Positions 16,801 to 21,932 of a DNA stretch of 21,932 bases are shown here, piece after piece. Source of the DNA: Myxococcota bacterium (lineage in GTDB: Bacteria > Myxococcota > JACRCW01); the NCBI GenBank assembly GCA_040752415.1, contig JBFMGU010000181.1, positions 1 through 21,932 on the forward strand. Reading direction: 5' to 3'. Position 1 is the first letter of the stretch; every line of letters starts with the position of its first letter. Both the position numbers and the translations under genes were made by a program. The notes below the pieces were generated by a model. It did not search any database. It was not told where the DNA came from and saw only the letters and a program-made list of their open reading frames with translations.

Positions 16801-17217
16801 TCATTCCTGCCAGCAGACGCCGTCATCCTCACATGTCTGCTCGTCGTCACAACCGCCGGCATCCCGCTCACAATACGGCGGCGTGAAGTTGTCCACCAAC
16901 GTGATTTCCCGCGTCAGGCTGGCGGTCCCATCCGCGTTGTCCTTCACCGTCAGCCGCATGGTGAACCGCCCCGGCCCGGGAAAGACGTGCTGAACGCTGG
17001 ATTCCTGGCGCGTGACCTCCGGCGTGCCGTCACCAAAGAGATACGAGTAGGAAACAATGGTCCCGTCCTCGTCGACGCTGCGGGCGGCATCCAGCGTCAC
17101 CGGCAAGCGCGCATCCGCCACGGTGGGCGTGCGCAACCGGGCCTGGGGAACCTTGTTCTCCGGCGTGGAACCGGCGCACGCGGGGCACAGCGCAAGGAGG
17201 AGCAGCCAGCGCTTCAT
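16801..17217 (-). CDS. PKD-domain lipoprotein with a Cys-rich tail
   Basis: Signal peptide ending LCPAC; PKD motifs VTLDAARSVDEDGTIVSYSYLFGDG, VQHVFPGPGRFTMRLTVKDNADG; tail C..C....C.....C. Confidence 0.8.
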   Translation of the reverse strand: MKRWLLLLALCPACAGSTPENKVPQARLRTPTVADARLPVTLDAARSVDEDGTIVSYSYLFGDGTPEVTRQESSVQHVFPGPGRFTMRLTVKDNADGTASLTREITLVDNFTPPYCERDAGGCDDEQTCEDDGVCWQE

Positions 17218-17260
17218 GCGGTCAGGTTAGTACAGGTGGTCCCCGACGCCAGCATGCGCG

Positions 17261-19345
17261 TCAGGGGCAGTCGGCATTGGGGGAGATTTCCGTCACCCCC
17301 GACGCCACGGTGCCCACGCGGAAGAAGCCCTGTTCCCGGATCAGCTCCGCCACCAGCACCTTGTTGGCCTGGTTGGCCTGCTGGAAGGGCAGGCAGAATG
17401 CGCGCTGCTCCTCGACGGTGGTGCCCGCGGCGTCGCGGATGGTGATGACGGTCTTGGCGGTGGCGGGGGCGCGGTAGTCGCAGCCTCCGCCGGCCAGGTA
17501 GGGCGCCACGTTGAGGCACGTGGTCTCGCTGATGCAGTAGCCGTAGTACGGGTCGCCCTGCAGGCCGCACTGCACGTACCAGTCCGGGAACTTGGAACGC
17601 GGGTAGCAGTCGTAGCGGAACTCCGTGCTGCAGATGGCCTGGAGCACCGCCTCACTGCCCTCCCGCCAGTAGTCCGCGCAGTCATCCCAGTAGCGGTTCT
17701 TCACGTAGAAGAGCCCGTCGCCGCCCTGCTGGTTGTGACGGATGGTCTCCTGCCGGTACGGCTCATACGGGCTGTCCTCGACGGAAGCGCGCCACTCCCC
17801 GCCCCCCTGCGACCCGAAGTTGCACGTGCAGAACGCATCGTTCGGGCACTGCTGGCTGATGGCCGTGGGCTTCTCGCAGGTTCCGCCGCCACCCTCGAGG
17901 ATGAGGTCCATGTTCTGGTTGTTGAGGTTGGAGTCCGCGTTGCAGCCGTACGTGTCACCGCCGGAGAGATTGAACGTCTGGACGATCTCCAGGTTGGGCC
18001 CGCCCGGCGGGGGAGGCAGCGGGTCGGCAATGCCGGTCAGTGCGGCCTGGATGGGCGTGCCAGAGAGGCTGTGCGAGAGGCTGAGCGTGTCGGAGCGTGG
18101 GCCGGCGGTGCCCGTGGGACGGAAGATCACCGTCACCTGCCCCGTGCTCCCCGCGGCGATGTTGATGGGGAACTGGCTCGTCGGGGGGAAGTAGAAGCCC
18201 TGCGCGCCCGCGTTGAGGATGCTCCCCGCGGTGATGTTGACCGAGACGTTGCTGTTGTTGTGCACCGTGGTGGTGCGGGTGAGCTCCTGGTTGAGCTGCA
18301 GGTTGCCGAAATCCAGGTTGTCGACGGAGACGTCCACCGTGGGGACGCTGCGGCCGCTCACCACGCTGCGCAGCTCCGTCTTGTCCGGGTTGTCGCTGTT
18401 GGCGCGGACAACCAGCTCCACGCTGTGCTGCCCCTCGGTCAGCGGCTCGTAGGTGATGGGAATGTCAAAGGTCTGCGCCGGCGAGAGGTAGACCGGTCCG
18501 CTCGGCGGGGAGGTCAGGTGGAAGTGCACTGCGTCCGCGCCCGTCAGCGAGATGCTCTCCACGGTGAGGATCTTGGTCTGCGTGCCGTCGTTCCGCGCCA
18601 CGAAGCTGAAGGGCGCGCTCACCGTGTTGCGCTCCACGAAGCCGAAGTCATGCAGCGACGGCGTCAGCTCCAGGTCGCGCGTGCCCTTGAACTCGCTGAA
18701 GAGCGAGACGCGGACGTTGGCCGGGTTGGCGCACGGGAAGGTGCAGCTTGCCGCGTCGGAGACGATGGTGACGCTGCCGGTGTCCGCCTCACCGTCCGCC
18801 AGCCGGTAGACGATGTTGAGGCGCATCTCCTCGCCGGGGTCCAGGGCGTGGGGAAGCGTGCTGGACGGCGTGACGGTGAACTCCTCACTGGTTCCCGTGG
18901 TGCGTCCCGCGCTGACAATGAGCAACGGGCCCTCGGTTCCTTCATTGCGGATGATGATGCTCTTGGGGATGTCCGTGTCCGGCAGCGGACTGCCAAAGTC
19001 CACAACGTCATCCGGTGTGAGCATGAGGACGCCCGTGCCCTGCGGTCCGCCGTTGGAGCTGCCTCCGGCGTCGGGGCGCACCACGCCACCGTCGCGACGC
19101 GTGGACGCCTTGCACACGCCCACCACGCACACCTGGCCGCCGGCGCAGTCGGAATCAAACGTGCACGGCGCGGTCTCCAGCGGGGCGCATTGGCCGTCCA
19201 GGCACTGCTCGCCTTCCACGCAGTCTTCGTCCGAGTTGCAACCGGGGTCATCCACCTCGGCGGAGCAGTCTCCGCAGGACGCGCCCAGGCCCAGGCAGAG
19301 GAAGAGGCCCGTCAACCACCTTGCATGGAAACCACGCATTTCCAT
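17261..19345 (-). CDS. Large surface lipoprotein: two Cys-rich repeats, three ASH/choice-of-anchor-D domains and a Cys-rich C-terminal domain
   Basis: Lipobox LGASC; CNSDEDCVEGEQCLDGQC and CTFDSDCAGGQVCVVGVC; repeats VDFG..IRNEG, HDFG..ARNDG, LDFG..VHNNS; PPPP linker. Start ATG 19345 (or 19339). Confidence 0.8.
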   Translation of the reverse strand: MEMRGFHARWLTGLFLCLGLGASCGDCSAEVDDPGCNSDEDCVEGEQCLDGQCAPLETAPCTFDSDCAGGQVCVVGVCKASTRRDGGVVRPDAGGSSNGGPQGTGVLMLTPDDVVDFGSPLPDTDIPKSIIIRNEGTEGPLLIVSAGRTTGTSEEFTVTPSSTLPHALDPGEEMRLNIVYRLADGEADTGSVTIVSDAASCTFPCANPANVRVSLFSEFKGTRDLELTPSLHDFGFVERNTVSAPFSFVARNDGTQTKILTVESISLTGADAVHFHLTSPPSGPVYLSPAQTFDIPITYEPLTEGQHSVELVVRANSDNPDKTELRSVVSGRSVPTVDVSVDNLDFGNLQLNQELTRTTTVHNNSNVSVNITAGSILNAGAQGFYFPPTSQFPINIAAGSTGQVTVIFRPTGTAGPRSDTLSLSHSLSGTPIQAALTGIADPLPPPPGGPNLEIVQTFNLSGGDTYGCNADSNLNNQNMDLILEGGGGTCEKPTAISQQCPNDAFCTCNFGSQGGGEWRASVEDSPYEPYRQETIRHNQQGGDGLFYVKNRYWDDCADYWREGSEAVLQAICSTEFRYDCYPRSKFPDWYVQCGLQGDPYYGYCISETTCLNVAPYLAGGGCDYRAPATAKTVITIRDAAGTTVEEQRAFCLPFQQANQANKVLVAELIREQGFFRVGTVASGVTEISPNADCP

Positions 19346-19433
19346 CCGCTCAATCCCTCGACGGCGCCAGCTTGCCACGGCGCAAGGGGGTGTGAGCGAT
19401 TATCGGTCGAAAATCGGACCTGGTGCGTGGACT

Positions 19434-21185
19434 TCAGGGGCAGACGGGGCGGACTGAGGTGCCGTCGGCGGCACGACAGATCTGCACATCCACCGCGTAG
19501 GGGCTCCCGCCCGCGCCGTTGTGCGTCAGGTAGATGGTCAGGCCGTCCTGGGCCACGACCTCGTCATTGTCCTCGTACGCCACCGTGAAGACCGTGGATG
19601 CGTTGGGCTCCAGGGTGAACGGGGTTGTCCAGGCCTCCACCACGCAGGAGGTCTGGTTGGCGCCCTGCCGCTCACACGACATGTTGAAGCTGGCGTCCCC
19701 GGTGCGGGTCAGCGTGAAGTCGTCGGTGATGGTCTGGCTGCCGCTGAACTCGATGCGGGAAATCACCAGCGGGGCCTCTCCCGTGTTGGTGACGGTGAAA
19801 TCGCCCTGGCCGGTGCCCACGTTCGTGTCGGGGGTGGCCTGGATGTAGAACGTGCTGGGCGACACCTGGATGCGCCCCGCCGTGCCACCGGTGAGCCGCA
19901 CCTTGTAGACCTTGTTGCCGGCGATGTTGCTCATGAGCAGCAGGTCGCGGGAGAAGCTCACCGCCGCGGGTGGGCTCCACGTCACGGTGACCACCACCTC
20001 GTCGGTGCCCTCGTTGGGCTTGGCGTCGGAGGCGCTGAGCTGGAAGCCCTTGCCCTGCCCCACCACGTCGCAGTTGAGGCCGGTGGCGGCGTCGGGCTCA
20101 CCGCTGGTGCACTCCACGTCGGGACCGTCGGTGGCGCATTCTCCGTCCTCATTCATGTCAATGCAGGAGGTGTTCACGGACGCGGGATTGATGTCCAGGT
20201 TGGCCACGCGGATGTTGCGCGTCTCGGAGCTGCCCGCCGCCACGCTGCCAAACGAGATGAACTCCGGGTCCACGTAGAGGCCCACGCCCGACGCCAGACC
20301 GGTCAGGGAGATGTGCGCCTCTCCGTTGGGCGCCTGGCCCGCGGGGGTGCCGGAGGTGCTGATCGCCGTCGTGATGATCTGCAACCGCGCGGCCTGCACG
20401 CCCACGCGGGTGGGGATGAAGCTGATGGAGATGGGCACGCCGGGCACCTCGCCGTCGACGGGGTCACCGCAGTCGCCGCTGCGCGAGGGCTGCACGGTCT
20501 TGGGGAAGGTGTTGGCGTCGGGAACCTGCCCATCCACCAGCTCGAGCGTGAACTCCGGTTGGGTGGTCTGCCCCTCGGCGGGGAGCAGGTTGATGGCAAT
20601 GATGTCGAACGACGCGGTGCCGTCATTGCGGACCGTGATGGTCTGAGAGACGCCCACGCCCTGGCCGGGGTCGCTCTTGGGGGTGGAGCCGAAGTCGACG
20701 CTGGTGCACGGAACGGTGTCCGCAGTGTCGTCACGACGGGCGCGGCACACCGGGTTGATTTTGCCCGCGGTCTGCTCCACGGCCTCCGCGGTGACCTGCC
20801 CGACGACACGGCCGCTGTTGTCCGGGTCATTGGTGTTGACCTGGAGGGTGGCGGACTTGAGGCCGTTGGTGGCGGACGTGGGCGCGTACTGGACGACAAT
20901 GGGCGCTTCCGCGCCGGTCTCCACCGACGAGGGCGTCAGGGTCACGGTGATGTTGCCGCCGGTGCCGTCGTCACGCACTTCCGCGCCGTTGACGGTCATG
21001 TCGGACTGGCCCTCGTTCTTGAGCTTGACCTCCTTGGTGCAGATGGCGCCCACCTTCACCACGCCAAAGCTGAGCACCGAGGGGTCGAGCACGCCCTGCG
21101 GCGTCACCTGCCCCACCACCTGCTCGCAGTCGGGACAACCCACCAACATCAGCGTGGCCAACAAACCCAGGCTCTTGCGCGTCAT
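19434..21185 (-). CDS. Surface lipoprotein with about four ASH/choice-of-anchor-D domains
   Basis: ATG 21185 with AGGGAG/AGGA RBS; lipobox MLVGC; repeats LSFG..LKNEGQSDM, VDFG..VRNDGTASF, ISFG..VANLD, FTVTNTGEAPLVI; TNDPD motif. Confidence 0.82.
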   Translation of the reverse strand: MTRKSLGLLATLMLVGCPDCEQVVGQVTPQGVLDPSVLSFGVVKVGAICTKEVKLKNEGQSDMTVNGAEVRDDGTGGNITVTLTPSSVETGAEAPIVVQYAPTSATNGLKSATLQVNTNDPDNSGRVVGQVTAEAVEQTAGKINPVCRARRDDTADTVPCTSVDFGSTPKSDPGQGVGVSQTITVRNDGTASFDIIAINLLPAEGQTTQPEFTLELVDGQVPDANTFPKTVQPSRSGDCGDPVDGEVPGVPISISFIPTRVGVQAARLQIITTAISTSGTPAGQAPNGEAHISLTGLASGVGLYVDPEFISFGSVAAGSSETRNIRVANLDINPASVNTSCIDMNEDGECATDGPDVECTSGEPDAATGLNCDVVGQGKGFQLSASDAKPNEGTDEVVVTVTWSPPAAVSFSRDLLLMSNIAGNKVYKVRLTGGTAGRIQVSPSTFYIQATPDTNVGTGQGDFTVTNTGEAPLVISRIEFSGSQTITDDFTLTRTGDASFNMSCERQGANQTSCVVEAWTTPFTLEPNASTVFTVAYEDNDEVVAQDGLTIYLTHNGAGGSPYAVDVQICRAADGTSVRPVCP

Positions 21186-21330
21186 GTCCTGCTCCCTGTG
21201 AAGGGCGCGGACCGTAGAGCCCGCCCAACGCGTCGTCAAACCGTCAGGCGTCGTGACGCGCTCGGATTGAGACGTGCGCGCCGTGGTGCGGCTCTGACAC
21301 CGCGTGCCCGCGGTCCCGCCCGAGCACCGG

Positions 21331-21359
21331 TTGACGACGTGGGAGGGCGTCCTTACGCT
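21331..21359 (+). promoter_or_regulatory. Sigma70-type promoter of the RHH antitoxin-like gene
   Basis: TTGACG-N17-TACGCT, followed by GGAG (21367-21370) and ATG 21380. Confidence 0.65.
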
Positions 21360-21379
21360 CCCGGTTGGAGAACGTGACG

Positions 21380-21642
21380 ATGGAGCCGGCGCACAAGACC
21401 ACCATCCTCTTGCCAGAGCAGCTGCGCACCTCACCCACCTCGCTCGGCAGCGTGGGGTCAGCGTCGGTGAGCTGGTGCGCGCTGCGTGTGAAACCGTCTA
21501 CGGCCTCGGCTCGCGCGATGACCGATTGGCCGCGGTGCGCAAGCTGGCGACGTTGAGCCTGCCGGTTGAGACGCCCGAGCAGATGAAGGCGGAATGCGTG
21601 CCGCCGCTCAAGGCGAAGCGCGTCGAGCCCGAGCAGGTCTAA
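21380..21642 (+). pseudogene. Frameshifted CopG/ribbon-helix-helix antitoxin-like gene
   Basis: MEPAHKTTILLPEQL (beta ribbon) in one frame continues as HLTHLARQRGVSVGELVRAACETVYG... (helices) in another; the break is at CTG-CG-CAC, 21422-21429. Confidence 0.7.
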
Positions 21643-21647
21643 GTACG

Positions 21648-21932
21648 TGGCCAGAAGTTCTTTCACATGTGGAGGAGCTCCGGTGAGCCCGGACAGCCCG
21701 AGCCAAAGCGGTATTTCAGACCGCACTCCCAAGGTGCCGGCCGCGCCCATCCCGCTGGGCGGAAAGGCCGGCACACAGGAGTTTCCCGACGAGCAAGCCG
21801 CGGTGCGGGCGCTCTGACGAAGAACGGACGCGCGGCCGCCCGCACCTTTGGGAGTGCGGTCTGAAATACCGCTTTGGCTCGGGCTGTCCGGGCTCACCGG
21901 AGCTCCTCCACATGTGAAAGAACTTCTGGCCA
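21648..21932. repeat. Long inverted-repeat element (MITE/REPIN-like) with REP-like internal hairpins
   Basis: 21648-21732 is the exact reverse complement of 21848-21932 (85 bp), extending imperfectly inward (GGTGC, CGGCCGCGC); each arm carries GGAGT-GCGGT-CTGAAAT-ACCGC-TTTGG. Confidence 0.9.

Noticed and set aside
16798..16803. Abutting convergent stop codons (TGATCA) of pdxJ and the PKD gene
   Set aside because: Tight convergent packing is common in compact genomes; nothing further supports a regulatory role.
21657..21675. parS-like site TTTCACATGTGGA
   Set aside because: It has two extra central bases relative to TGTTTCACGTGAAACA, the flanks do not match, and it lies within the repeat arm.
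21667..21913. Twin small ORFs beginning MWRSSGEPGQPEPKRYFRPHSQ on both strands
   Set aside because: They are a direct consequence of the inverted repeat, with no RBS or protein motif support.

Overview
High-GC chromosomal window whose gene content (ASH/choice-of-anchor-D lipoproteins, Ser/Thr kinase-NTPase-TPR fusion, paired ArsA/Get3-like ATPases) suggests a Myxococcota/deltaproteobacterium-like host (inference). It holds ftsB and pdxJ. An iron module consists of fur plus two Fur boxes, and the usually fused cytochrome c-FTR1 permease is encoded here as two convergent genes, next to a cysteine-free TlpA-like protein. A second cluster combines an orphan ParA, two phasin-like helical proteins, a membrane-anchored lipase, an asymmetric ArsA/Get3-like pair and a TPR-like protein; it is a candidate lipid-body/PHA granule targeting and positioning system. 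Also present are three large ASH-repeat surface lipoproteins plus a PKD lipoprotein, a frameshifted orphan RHH antitoxin, a tandem 19-bp palindrome between the iron genes, and an 85-bp perfect inverted-repeat element with REP-like hairpins at the window end. Family calls rest on motif recognition only; no searches were run.
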